Notes under the pieces: generated by a model
What the model saw: the letters and a program-made list of their open reading frames with translations, nothing else
What the model was told of the DNA's origin: nothing
Database searches by the model: none
Translations under genes and position numbers: made by a program
Shown: positions 1 to 12,174 of the stretch, in pieces
Layout: each line of letters starts with the position of its first letter
Position numbering within the stretch: position 1 is the stretch's first letter
Assembly (NCBI GenBank): GCA_000934665.2
Contig: JYFJ02003960.1
Coordinates: 1-54,382 of the forward strand
Origin: Catajapyx aquilonaris
Taxonomy: Eukaryota
Length of the DNA stretch: 54,382 nucleotides
Direction: 5' to 3'

Positions 1-59
1 TTATGGAAAGTGTTTTGGGCGTCTCAATTGAACAAATGAAGCAAGTAATGTTGGTCTAA

Positions 60-757
60 CCACCAAACTTACCTGCACTCCCCCTCGTCGCGATAGTGTG
101 CAAGTAAGCGGAAGTCGGGTCATCACCAGATGACCTCTGACCCCGTCTTATCAACGTTTCACACATACCTCGTCAATGATGAGGCGCTCCTTCAGAGCCA
201 CCTCCTTCTTCACTTTCTCGGCCCGCTCCTGCCTCAACGCTGCCTTCATTGCCGTCGCGACGCATCGTACGTACTGTAGGTCCGCCTGTACAGCTGTTCA
301 AGAACGCTCGTGGTTCAGCACTGACAACGTGTGCACTGGGACCGAGATGTCTGACTACCATTGATTCTCCTCCCTTCTGTGATTCTACAGTATAGGTCAA
401 AAAGGCCAACACGTGACCCTGGTAAAATGCGCTTACCGCATTTAAATAATGTCCCTTCAAAAATTCCATAATATTTTTCACACAGGGGGCAAATTATCTC
501 GAGTATGTTCGGCCAGCTTCGCGAGAGATGGCCTGGATCAAATTTTTCAACTGGCCGGTCCTACCCCTACCCCACCTCTCCAATTTGTGTCCCCGCTCCG
601 TTTTCCTTCCTCCAAGGCTGCGGTTCTATTGGCCAAAATGCCTACACGTGACGTTTGTCGCCAGCGACCCTGTGCCCGCCGTCGCGTCGCGTCGTCGCCA
701 GCGACGGGGCACCAAATCGGTCGCTGGGAACGGGATCGCGGATATGTGAATGCACCT
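60..757 (-). mobile_element. Probable terminus of a PIF/Harbinger-like DNA transposon (other end outside window)
   Basis: Ends ...TGTGAATGCACCT|TTA (reverse complement TAA|AGGTGCATTCACA), a Harbinger-type TIR start with TWA flank. GC-rich subterminal gtcgc/gcgac repeats at 655-730. Short minus-strand frame MKAALRQERAEKVKKEVALKERLIIDE is followed by a GTATGT donor-like site. Only one end is visible. Confidence 0.4.
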
Positions 758-929
758 TTATGAGATCTGAGAAGGCGACAACTTTGGGGATCAGGCTGAG
801 CAGCAATCGGGTTCAATCTTATTTTAAGTTGTGCTCTTTTTTACTCTGGAATACCTTCTCAAGCCCATTCCTGTCCACCCCCATCCTCACGTTACACAAC
901 GAAGGCCACTTTCCGACATACTACTCTGC

Positions 930-1081
930 AAGGGGTTAACCACTTCGGTACTCCGACGTATACATCTGCAGTGGTACTCCCAGGTACTCCTTAGGTACCA
1001 TACTCTTTGGTACGCCTTGGTACTCCTTGAATTTTGTACTCCAGTGTAGAGTACACTTTACAGTCGAGTGGTTAACCCCTT
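930..1081. mobile_element. Short TIR MITE (piggyBac-like TTAA|CCACT...AGTGG|TTAA core at 940-1071)
   Basis: Inverted ends AAGGGGTTAACCACT / AGTGGTTAACCCCTT; TTAA at 936-939 and 1072-1075; internal GGTACTCC-like motif repeated several times. Confidence 0.6.
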
Positions 1082-4000
1082 ACTCTGTGGGATAATCAGA
1101 TCTCGAGGTTCCAAAGTAGCCAACTGCAAGCCGAGTATGAAACCAACGGTGGAAAGGCTTCCCAACATATTGTTCGTCGACAGTGCCAGGCTGTGTGGTT
1201 GTTACGAGACGCAAATTCCTAATAGTCGTCTAACCTATTTTTAACGGCAACCGTTTTTTCCCCACTGACACTGAGCTTGTCTCCCTAGAAATGGTTGATG
1301 AGATGCGTCTGACTTGCTAGTTACGCTTGTAATCTAAGCAGTCCAAAGGTATCTCTGCCTTGCTGCAGTGTTGGGACCTGTGTTTTTCCAGTGACTCCGA
1401 GAGATACAGTATACTGAAGGCTCTACTGGCAGGGTCACCAAAGCTGAGAAGTATTTTTTGGAGGGGGGAAGCTCTGGTGCGACATACCTCAATTTGTGTA
1501 ACAAATAAAACCCTAACTGACGCTGAACTTAGGGGAAATGCCCGACATGCTTTGAGAAATCTGCCACGTCAAAGTAGATTTATTAATTTATTGCAAACTG
1601 ACACTTAATTAAAGCAAATGTTTGAAACTGTTACATTATTCAAATATTCTTATTAGCACTTAAAGTTTATTGTAAAACTATGCAATAAAGTACAGTGACG
1701 GGTCACTTCAGTCTTGTGATAAGCATGTTAAGTGACACAGAGCTAGCTTAATAGCCATAAAAAATTATGACTTTTGATTTCTGTAACTTACACAACTTGA
1801 TCTGAAATGCCAAATTAGCATCTACGTACATTATAATAAGCCTTTATTTGCTACATAATTATGTAGGCCACTAATCAAAGAACATATTCTGAAGGATGCT
1901 TTTTGTAGTACCTTTGGTAGGTATTGGCTGAACAAAACCTGCTGGGTTTTTACTGACAAGGAATTAAAATGAAGTTTATGCATTCGTATCATTTTTTGCT
2001 TCTCATTTTTATGCAATGAACGGGCCTACATCACAGCTGAAAAAATAGACATTGAATTTACAAAGCGAACATTTTCTATAATTTATTGTAAAATGAAAAA
2101 CACCTCCCCCCGTATTGAATGAAGCAACATCCATGGGAGACGAGTCACTCGACATTTCCCGTTTATGTCCATCATTCGAACCCTTTTACAGGGTCATTCC
2201 GGACCTGTCGAGTCTTGGGGCTGTCGTGAAGGAGCACCCTATAAATATCCGCTAATGAGTCATAAAGCATAAGACCCCATAAAAAGTGCAGCTGGTATGG
2301 TTGGCGATAGGCGCCGCTATAACATTGGAGAACGTGACCTGAGCATTAATTGAGTCTTAATTCGCGGGTTTCGAGGTCCAATAAAATTAAGAATTAAAGT
2401 GCCATCGCAAAGAATTCATAGGAATCCTGATTGCGAAGCCGATTACGTACAAATAGAGCTAGATCTACCGCGAAACATGGTGTACTGTGCAAGAGCGATT
2501 ACCAGATTTCTCCCGGAGCCTATCACAAGATTACCCGTGTTCTGGGATTATGGCCCAGTTTTATGGCGAGTCAGAGAAAATTGCCGAAATGAAGCCTGAC
2601 GCGGGGAAGATAAATTTGCACGGTTTTACGACGCGGGAAAAAGGAGTAGTTTTTAATGCATTGCAAGTACTATTGAGTTGTTACAATGTACGGCCCTGAC
2701 AATATTGCATCATCGGACAGCTTAGTGTCATTTCAAGCTGTAAAATTATGGTACTTTTCTGACACTACAACACACTCTCGATATAATAATTATTTTAGTA
2801 CATGACTGCATTCTATATACAATATGAATGCATCGAATCAAATGGGTGTCATGCCTTATTGGAGTGTCAACATGCCTTCTCCCGTTTCCGTAAACCATCC
2901 CATTACATGTGTAAAACTCTTTTGGGAAGGCTAAGTCTGAACTTAAACCTAAGAAATGAAGCGAAAAGGGCTCTTCAGAGCGTGCTGGGGTCAAAGGAGA
3001 ACGGTAAAACATCTCAGATGTAGCCTTCCGCCCCCTTTTTGTGCCCTATTCTCTCTTTTTTTGTAGTAAGTTACAATGACTCCAAAAAGGAAACTTTATA
3101 CGGAACAAAACTCTCTGGTGTGCTTTCTTCGAGGAAGCGTGTTCAGTCGAGCAAGCCAGAGAAAAGAAAGATAAAAAGAGCGAATCGACACAGTCCAAGT
3201 CTGACAACAAGTGGATAAGGGTTATTTAAAAACATTTTCCAACAAACTGATTGTTCCAGTGTAGGCCTTCATATAAAAGGAAAAATACAGACTTTACAAT
3301 ACGGTAATATTTTAATTCCAGCAACGACAAGATTGATCTGTGTGCATGATAGTATGATATAGTGTCCTCTACGTGCAGTTTTGTATACATATGTACAGCA
3401 TAAGCCAAACATTTTGGACATGGCATCAGCATTCTAGAAAGTGAAGGTTTTCCTCCATAACCGTCGAATTGTTAGCTGATCGTTGTATGTAGAGCCATGA
3501 TACCATTGCCCATATTTTTTTGACCTCAATATTACAATCGTTATACAGCACAAGGCAATGTGCTGACGTGGCGATTGAAGCAATCGCGTCACCGATTTTA
3601 CCACTACCATTTTGACTTTGTTCATGAATCACCTGCCTGCTGGGGTTGTTACACCTTACATAACTTCTTTGAGTGACGTAATAAACTACTTCCTTTAGTG
3701 CCAATGTGAGAACCACAGACCGATAAGCTGTGATATGAAAACAATAAAATGGACCGAATCATGTTACGGTAATGCAATTTGGTATTAACTTTTAAGTGTT
3801 AATCACGTTTAATGGTGGCAGGGAGTCGGTTCCACCTCGCCAAGGTTGGGAAATGGCAATTTCTCCGCAGCGAGAGTCAGTAGGGGGTGATGAATTGTTT
3901 ATGAAGAAGCATTTATCTCTTCTGGGAGACTGGTGGTGGTTCCAAACCGCGGCTTATAATGGAAGCCGTGGTCTCCTGCGCATAACTCAAGGGCAAAGTG

Positions 4001-4802
4001 TGACCACTGCAAATGGGAACCTGCTCTAGGAAGACTTGCCATTCTTATCTCTCCTTCTATATTCACTTTGGCACTAGCTTCGAAAAACATTGGCGGTATT
4101 TTGGGACAGGAGCATACGTGATGAATCCTTTTGACTATTATTTTAAGCCCACCATGATTTGGTGCATGTTGCCGACCGTGCTCCATGCGCCAACTGACAT
4201 TCTTTTTCTAATGTTGTATTACTTGCAAAGGAGCAGAATGCAAAATGTCACGTCATCACTCCCAAATTTTTGCCGAATGATAATAGCAATTAAGCGGACC
4301 AAGAGCGCACTTACCTTATTATAAATCATAGTAACTGCTCCTAAAATGTCCACTCTTCATTAAGCGGACTGAAATAGAGGGCATAAACGAGGCCATCCCC
4401 GAGGTGATTTTCTTGCACGGAAATGTCGCGGGAGTTAATGGATTCTAGTACACAGTGCTTACGTCATCCCTAGCTGCAGATCCGGCTTTACGAGCAGGTT
4501 TTGCGGACAACTGGCTTCCGTTGGTGCTCTCGAACGCCTTCCAGCCTGTGCGTATACGTCACAGTGCGATGTCGAAGTGAAATAAAAAACCCGGGTACGG
4601 TGTAAAACACGCGTTAAACGTGCCTTTATTGTTCTGCACGTCAGAGTCGCTAACACTGCTATAAACTTCATGTTGATTTGGATACTTGTGTCCTCCACAG
4701 TGGCCATCAGTCATACTCCTCGCCTGCTCACCCTAAAACAATATAACTTGGGAGATACACGAGGGACGACGACAAGTGATGAATAGCTTGCAATGTGCAA
4801 CA

Positions 4803-4849
4803 TTAACCCCTTCCATCGGAATCGGATCCATACTGTGGCGAGGGGTTAA
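4803..4849. mobile_element. Minimal piggyBac-like deletion derivative (39-bp core)
   Basis: TTAA|CCCCTTCCA...TGGCGAGGGG|TTAA. Confidence 0.45.
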
Positions 4850-5285
4850 TCACTGGTGGTATTCCCTGAACGCGGTTGTGGTGTTGCGCTGAGTATCAGT
4901 AAGGGGAACGTAGGTTTTCGCTATTCCAGAACACTAAATGGGCGAGTGATTAGTCTGGCACTGAGGTGAGGCTTCTGCCATTTTTACCGCTTGACTTGTC
5001 ATTTTAGCACACTTTTACTGAATAGATCCACGCATTAGATATTAAAATGTCTCCCACTGCCAACTCGATCTTTGATTCATCCCTGAAGGCTACAGTGTCC
5101 CACTGTCGCTGTACCCAGCCTATAATGTTCCATTACTTAGCGGTAGGAAATGGCTTCCTTTTTTCCCCTGAAGTAGCACAGCACATGGGTGTAAGTGACA
5201 AAAATGATATACACAGCCAGACAAAAGTGGGTCAGACCGCTTTCAGGAAACGGAAAAGTTTGTTATTCATTGTTGAAAACGATAG

Positions 5286-5531
5286 TGGTTTGGGGGGCAG
5301 GTTCCCAAGAGAGGGCGCTCTTAAATAGTTTCTAGTCATTTCAGACCCTGTTAAATACCAGACATTTTCTCTTGGCCGTGGGGAGAGAAGGGAGTGCAAG
5401 TCTGCCTGGACATGTCGGGTGAAAGGCGGAAAAATACCCGACCAAGCAGAGGTGACGGGGACGGGATTTGAACCCCGGACCTCCCGCTTGGCTGGCCAGT
5501 AGCATAGCCACTAGACCATCATGCCACCCCA
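5286..5531 (-). mobile_element. tRNA-derived SINE, family A copy 1
   Basis: Minus strand has A box TGGTCTAGTGG and B box GGTTCAAATCCC; a homologous copy lies at about 28788-29026. Confidence 0.8.
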
Positions 5532-6266
5532 TGAAAACGATATTGTTCGCAACAAATACAGTAACAAAATTTTATGGCGCTTTTCCATCTGAAAATTTTT
5601 TCCTGGGGGAAATACAATATACTATACAGTACGAGTACCTAAGACTTCAATATATGCATAATCAGCACTAATTCAGCAACCTATTGGTATCGCATTGTAA
5701 ATAAATAAGAGCGAGGTCTAGTATTCTCCATTGTATGTTTTTCTGTTTCCAGCCTGTGATGTTCCGAGGCCTATTTGTTCGCAATCGGGCAATCGTGGTA
5801 GTTATCCCGCTTGTCCTGTGAAAAAAAACGGAGCACTTCAAAATCAGCCGCGGTAATGTTTCCCAAACCGGATTACAGTGGCCATCAACATACTTTCACA
5901 GGACGCAATGAGACCAGCAGGCTGGGTGGGCCTGTAATTCGATTTATCAAGCCCAATTTAGGGAGCCTTAGCGTTTGATATTTTCGCGCCGCCTATTTGA
6001 TCTTATTTGCCTCATTCCCTCGACAGCAATCGTTTAAAATTTGTGGACAAATATTGTTTAGGAAGAAAGCAATTTAGCGGGAGAAAAAGGTTGTTATTTT
6101 TATGACTTATGAATACGTACAGCAATATAGGCAAATATACATAACATCTAATGACGTTATTTTGTGACGTAAACTGTACTATCGGGTTCAAACAATTTTG
6201 GCCACTTTATCCTGGTCTTGAAGCAACCCTTCGCACAGATCCCACTTTAAGGAGGTGTGTGTGTGA

Positions 6267-6637
6267 TCAGGTCATGACTAAGGTCTGGGGACGGAAGTCT
6301 GTGGTTTTACTGTAGCTGTGGGGACCAGTTCCAATTGTGGGGACCAGTTCCAATTGTGGGGACATTTGTCGGTCCCCACAGTCTCACACACGCGAAGTGT
6401 ACCATTACAGTGGGGACATGTGTAAATTAGTGGGGACATGTCCCCACTATTTTCATTTGTAGGGTTTCACAAAAGTCCATTTTTCTCAGCCTAGGTTACT
6501 TAGGGTAGGGTAGGTTAGGTAGGTTAGGTTAGGTTAGATCAGGTTAGATCAGGTTAGATCAGTTTAGATCAGTTTAGATCAGTTTACACTCGCAGTGAAA
6601 AGTGATCAATGTCCGTCCCCACGCCTTAGTCAAGACA

Positions 6638-6640
<3 letters not shown>
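6267..6640. mobile_element. Nested element A inserted in (GT)n, with gtggggac motifs and a TTAGG-type array
   Basis: Subterminal IRs gactaagg..tggggacgga / tccgtccccacgccttagtc; flanked by (GT)n on both sides; TTAGG/TTAGATCAG array at about 6495-6585. Confidence 0.75.
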
Positions 6641-6669
<29 letters not shown>

Positions 6670-6937
6670 ATCAGACATTGCTATCCTTGTGAGGATATTT
6701 TTCGCAAGTTTCCTATCCTTGTGAGGACCGACAACCTTACGAGGACTTTTTTCAGACCCTCATAATGTACACAGTCCTCACAAGGATGGCGGAAAATCAA
6801 ACCAAGACCTCCTTTTTACTGTGAAAAAATAGGTCACCAAAATTTCGTGTGTATTTTGTTGGTTAGGTTAGGTTAGGTTAGGTTAGTTTTAAATTTTTAT
6901 TTTTGCCAGACCCTCACAAGGATAGCACTTTATAACA
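6670..6937. mobile_element. Nested element B inserted in (GT)n, with a TTAGG array
   Basis: IRs tgctatccttgtgagg / cctcacaaggatagca; same (GT)n-GATCAG left junction as element A; (GGTTA)n at about 6860-6886. Confidence 0.75.
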
Positions 6938-7286
6938 TGTGTGTTTGTGAAGGGTTGCTTCAAGACCAGGATAAATAAGTGGCTAAAAGTATTTGAACCT
7001 GATAGTACATCCATATGCAGCCACATAGCCTACTGACAATAAACAGCATGGTAGATGTTTGATTATTTTACTTTGTATGGTCGCATATTTGTTTATTCAT
7101 CAGTGCCAATGTTATAATATTGATATCCTGTTATAAAGCCTGCAAATAATTTAAACAATAATTTAGATTATTATTTGTCAAAAATGAAATCTTACTCGAG
7201 AGATGCCACTCTGAAGATGGTGTGAATGGATTTCATATCTATCGCATGACCCAGCTTATGAGTTGTTCTTGGCTTAGTGAGGAATA

Positions 7287-7287
<1 letters not shown>

Positions 7288-7367
<80 letters not shown>

Positions 7368-7382
7368 TACTATTATTATTAT

Positions 7383-7447
<65 letters not shown>

Positions 7448-7471
7448 TTATTATTAATAATATTATTATTA
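7288..7471. repeat. (ATT)n/(ACT)n compound microsatellite
   Basis: Directly visible. Confidence 0.97.
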
Positions 7472-8169
7472 CGCAAGTTCTACACTCAAAAAGGTGTAGG
7501 ATATGAATCTCATGATAAAGGCGCAAATGGCCACTTTTGACCAGTTGCAACTTGCAAGGGAAAAAATGATGGACCATTTCCAATATATTATATAATTTTC
7601 ATGCGGCAAGCATATACCTCCTGGCTCTCACGAGATAATACTGTATGTACTGTAATTGCCTTATGAAACTGTTATGTGCTATACCTCACGAAGTGAGGCG
7701 GCACACATTTAATGAGATACGGTGCACTCATGGAAATGTGTGTCATCTCTCTGCCGCCTTAAGAAGGCACAAAATAGCCACCTTTTCCGTTTTTACGTAG
7801 GCTATGATGTGAGTACTGCATATGCAGCAGTAAAGCCATTTGGAGGACTCACTTTAACTTCCTGTGAGCATTCTCGTAGGCACTCAGGTATCTGTGATGT
7901 GCTGCAGAAAATTTCACACGTTAAAAAGCTAGACCCAAAAAAGGTGCACAATTTGACTCACTGTCAGCAGTATAGCGCATATGGCGGCATAATTATGTAA
8001 CGTACACGGCAAGTGGTAGCTCTGAATTTGTAATGACAATAATTATTGATATTATAAATTTTATTTGATGTGGGCAGTGCGGTTTTTACCAAAACCATAA
8101 TGATATGGATAAATTACAACAGATAAACACAATATATGAGGCACGTTCATAATGCTTTTTACCTTACTA

Positions 8170-8939
8170 CTAGCTGCGATACCCGGCATTGCCGGGGAAT
8201 AAATGAATGAAGGGATAACACCTACCTGTGGCCCCGTAAAAATTTTCACGCACAGAGAGCCGCCGTGACACTTTTAGGAAGGCCGGGTCCATGGTCATAG
8301 ACTACTAAGGTCTGGACACTCCCACCTACTCCCTGCCGGGGCGTTTTGCAGGAGGTGCTCGCCTGAGTGCGCCATGAGACCTTTCACGGAGCTATTATGT
8401 GGCGACCCTACCGGACTACGCTGAACTTTATAGGTACAAAAGGAAAGCGCGACATTGGGGGATCCAACATGGTCGGGCAGCCATGTTGGGCCCACATGTA
8501 GGGCTTCCCTTTTGTACCTATAAAGTTCAGCGTAGTCCGGTAGGGTCTCCACATAATAGCTCCGTGAAAGGTCTCATGGCGCTCTCAGGTGAGCACCTCC
8601 TGCAAAACGACCCGGCAGGCGATAAGATAAGAACGTAGAGGTAGTGTCCAGGGGCTGGCCCGGTCGGAAGGACGGGAGATGTTGGAGGTGCAGGAAGCGG
8701 ACCACAGACGGCAGGCGAATGAGATGGTTGGCGTGCCAGACGGACGGACAGACAGACAGAATCACATCCGTCTTTATTGATAGATTAGGAAGGCCGGGAG
8801 AGGTTGGAGGTGTTGCAGATGGACCACAGATGGCAGGCAAATGACGGTTGGGGTTATACAGGCGGGAGAAGGACCGCATCCAGATGGCATTGGTGGGCGG
8901 ACAGACAGACAGACTCACAAACGTCTTTATTGATATAGA
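8170..8939 (-). mobile_element. Non-autonomous Helitron (contains nested foldback element)
   Basis: Minus strand 5' A|TCTATATCAATAAAG followed by (CTGT)n; 3' hairpin CCCGGCAATGCCGGG then CTAG|T at 8170. A duplicated 5'-end-like block lies at about 8740-8785. Confidence 0.75.
8296..8657. mobile_element. Foldback/hairpin element, copy 1
   Basis: About 290-bp near-perfect palindrome at 8332-8619 inside asymmetric ends (catagactactaaggtctggacact ... agtgtccaggggctg); related copy at 11839-12174. Confidence 0.85.
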
Positions 8940-9111
8940 TGAAGCAATAAGCATAATTATATGCATGCAAATAAACAAGGCATGTATTGTTACAACCGTG
9001 AAATGCACCGCGATTCAATCTCGTAGAAATTGCCCCTCTGCTCTGTTTTGAAATCACTGGACGTGACAAGGCACTGGCTCTACTTGGTATTCGACTATTC
9101 GTCGTTATAAA

Positions 9112-9210
9112 GTTACTCGCTTTGCGAGGCGGTGGGGTCCCCCCCCCCCCCGGCCCCCGGNCCCCCCGGCCCCCGGTGGGGCTGCGCCCCACCTGCGGGT
9201 CGCTAAGCCA
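9112..9210 (-). mobile_element. 3' fragment of the Helitron family found at 48307-49830
   Basis: actcgc...ggcggtgggg...gtggggctgcgccccac is the reverse complement of the 3' end of the 48-49 kb units. Confidence 0.6.
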
Positions 9211-9317
9211 TCTTGTTACGAAACATCCATGCTACCGATGAGGAGTATGCGAACGCATCCTACACTGACATATCGTTCAAAGCACGTGGTTCAAAGGGAG
9301 GTTGGATGGGTGCATGT

Positions 9318-9376
9318 CATAGAATACTAAGGTCTGGACACTCCCATCTACCCCCTACCGGTTGGACTACCAGTCC
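9318..9376. mobile_element. Left-end fragment of the foldback family
   Basis: catagaatactaaggtctggacactcccatctacccc matches the left ends at 8296 and 11839. Confidence 0.7.
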
Positions 9377-9853
9377 AAATAATATACTGTTTGCAGATAT
9401 TTTCGTAATGAACGCATGTCTTGTCATTGTCCCGGACAATACACAACAGAAGGGTTAGCATGAAAGCTTTCTGCAGGACAATAAGGTTAATAACTATTTC
9501 AGATCTGCATATTGCACTTGAAAGGAGTTCTGCTTAGGTGGTTGTAGTTTTGTCGTTGCAAGTTCACAAACAATTCCTGTGTTGTCAACGTACATTAGCG
9601 GGTTTTCGATCCTTACAGAGCCGTGCTTCCGAATCTTTTTCGGATAGATGCGTAAAATTCGCGACCACCACTTCCAATTCAACCCTACCCCTTTCCTTTG
9701 GTGGTAGTTAATTACAATAATCGCTAAATTAACACATCTCGTTTACGGGCAAATTTTCTAGATAGATAGAATCAACCTGCACAAATAACTACGTTAGTCA
9801 ACCTTCCTCGCGACCCCTTTGGGGTCGCGACCGCAAAACGGAAAAGAACACAA

Positions 9854-10437
9854 CAGCGGCGGATTTCACATTAGGCACAGTAGGCACTGGCCTAGGGGCG
9901 GCAGCGAGTTGCAATAAATATATTTCTCAAATACAATAATAGGAAATTAAGGCGAGATCACTAAGAAAATCGATTTCTTGAGACCTTGATTTGCCATTAC
10001 AGGCAGAAAAGGTAATTTCCGAAGGGCGGCCGCCCTCTGGGCCCTGTAGGGGCGGCCGCGAGTTGCAATAAATAATATTTCTCAAATACAATTACGAAAT
10101 TAAGGCGAGATCACAAAGAAAATCGAATTTTTGAGAGCTTGATTTACCACTAGAGGCAGAAAATGTAATTGCCGAAGGGCGGCCGCCCTCTGGTCGGCCA
10201 TAACTTTCAATATTATATTTTAAAATAAAATAACATTAAATGAAGGAGAGAACACAATTTAAAAATTTGCATTTTTAAGCGTCAGGCCGGGGGGAGGGGT
10301 GGCCGTATCTCACGTGCCTAAGGGCGGCCGGGGGGGTAATTCCGGAGCTGCACACAGCACAGTGCAATGTGCATGTGACAAGTTCATTTCCAGGGACAAG
10401 ACATGCCGCCCCCACCTNCCCCCTAGATCCGGCCCTG
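9854..10437. mobile_element. hAT-like MITE remnant(s) with an internal ~155-bp tandem duplication
   Basis: CAGCGGCGGATTT start; AATTCCGGAGCTG (10350) and AGATCCGGCCCTG (10437) are candidate right ends. Direct repeat at about 9892-10041 and 10048-10193. No clean 8-bp TSD. Confidence 0.55.
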
Positions 10438-11105
10438 GCTATAGCTTCGGTAGGAAGGTCCTCCCCGGTTCCACCCTCAGTGGTCACAAGCAAACAGCTG
10501 TAGCGGGCGCCCCGCCATACCGGCGACGAAACTCTCCTCCCCCGGCCGGAGTCGCGGACACGGGCCAGGTTGGCCAGCTGCTCCGAATATAAGTTTCGGG
10601 TCCAAAAATTAGTGTCTTAACCGCATACGGCCTCACATATGTTAGTTTTAAGATTTATGACTCTTAATTACGTTCGTCTTGTATTTAAAAATGATATTTT
10701 ATTGAACTTTCACACGACAGTAGCGCCGCGTAGTGGAAGAACGGCCAATTACGTTGGCTGAAAAAGTGACGACACTCGGAAACCGTTTTTTCCTCTCTTG
10801 GTGCAACTATAAGCTCTTTGGGTCGCAGCACTTGACGTCATCATCGGACTGTTGCACCGCTATTTTGTGCAGCTAATTTTGGTGGGATTATTGATAATGA
10901 GTTTGTTATTAATTTGGTTTATGCTCTTCTTGAGCGATTGTATATTTGAGAGGGAAAGTTTACTATTTTTTATGATTGACAACTGTAATTTGAAGGGGAT
11001 AATATATGGACCTGCTATTGAAGTCATTCTATCATTTATCACTGATGCACACTACTTGGGACGATTGGGGCATGTATTAATTTCCACTGCGCTGAACCTA
11101 ACTAT

Positions 11106-11767
11106 AGTAGGTTGCCCCCTAACGGGTCAGGGTGGGGGTTTCTGGCAACGCCTCCTCTTGCCCCCCGCCGCTCCCGACCTCCTCGACCCCCTACCTCCCT
11201 CTGCCTTCTACGCCACCTCTCCTGTGTATCATTCCACCACCCAGATGGGGAAGAGCGTGGAGGAGAGGAGGAGGGTGCGACACACTGGAGAGTACGGCCA
11301 GTATTACACTGAACCGGACCTGGTTCGGGTTTCCGCCAACCTGGTATGGCTGGTGAGAGGGAAGCACTTCGCCTTTTGGTACGGTCAACCTCTAATACTG
11401 TACACGACCCGGTGGTACAGATCCCTGCGGACCTGATAGTGTAACTGAGTAGGAGGTCTTTATACGGTCCAAGGACGATGGTTCAACTGTACAGATTCCT
11501 GCGGGCTAAACCATCCCCTACCACTTGGTGAATGGTTGGTGGTACAGGTCCCTGCGGACCAACCGTTCGCCAAGCGGTACCGACACCCGTACCGTATCTC
11601 AGTAATGATAACAACCACTTAACTCATTGAACATGGACAGGGCAGACAGTAGGGTCATGACTAGCTCGGGAGGACAGAACCTCACGCGACGCTAGCTGCC
11701 GACCGACTGACTGTCCCTGACTCAAAGCACCTTTATTCAATACCTCGGTTTGGTCTTCGTTGCTACA
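11106..11767. repeat. Unclassified GC-rich, LTR-like segment
   Basis: (A)GTAG...CTACA boundaries; three copies of a gtacag.tccctgcggac-like motif; minus-strand AATAAA followed about 25 nt later by an initiator-like TCAGTC. No TSD or PBS confirmed. Confidence 0.3.
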
Positions 11768-11838
11768 ACATTGGTTCGGTCACAACAAGGTAACCTAACG
11801 ATTCTAATAATACACAAAGTGAAACTATTGATCACGGT

Positions 11839-12174
11839 CATATAAGTAAGGTCTGGTCACTCCCACCCACCCCCTGCCGACGTGTTTTGCAGAAGTTGCT
11901 CACCTGAGACCGCCATGAGACATTTCGGAGGCCAGGATAAGTGGCGACCCTACCGGACTAGGCTGAACTTTATAGGCACGAAAGGGGCGGTACATGTTGG
12001 GCCAGCATGTAGCCCTCCCCTTTCGTACCTATAAAGTTCAGTCTAGTCCGGTAGGGTCGCCACTTATCCTGGCCTCCGAAATGTCTCATGGCGGTCTCAG
12101 GTGAGCACCCGCTGCAAAATGCCTCGGCAGGTGATAACGCCAGAACGTAGTATAAGTGTCCGTGGGCTGCTATA
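11839..12174. mobile_element. Foldback/hairpin element, copy 2
   Basis: Palindrome at 11873-12131; same asymmetric ends as copy 1; possible degenerate TSD (atcacggt / gatacagt). Confidence 0.85.

Larger units (their letters stand above)
6179..7005. mobile_element. Composite TA-flanked TIR MITE (CTATCGGGTTCAAA... ends) with two nested elements
   Basis: About 55-bp TIRs (ctatcgggttcaaa..ggccactttatcctggtcttgaagcaacccttc) with TA on both sides; a second, inverted copy lies at 33334-33845. Confidence 0.85.

Noticed and set aside
6495..6585. True telomere or chromosome-fusion site
   Set aside because: Short, degenerate and embedded in a dispersed element that is copied at 33.5 kb.
7205..7290. 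Hammerhead ribozyme core (CTGAAGA; other CTGATGA hits at about 16223, 17815, 35130 and 41645)
   Set aside because: No correctly placed GAAA with supporting stems was found by eye.
7192..7583. Poly-I/L/N/V ORFs (also 41285-41578, 37946-38335, 48707-49012)
   Set aside because: Translations of microsatellites.
9161..9161. Isolated n bases (9161, 10418, 21711, 48897, 52272)
   Set aside because: They lie in or next to G/C homopolymers or repeats and are assembly ambiguities, not biology.
10852..11436. 194-aa ORF with hydrophobic N-terminus
   Set aside because: Non-ATG start, spans an AT-rich/GC-rich repeat boundary, and no recognisable domain.
11411..11560. CRISPR-like repeat-spacer array
   Set aside because: Only three degenerate repeats, uneven spacing, eukaryotic context and no cas genes.
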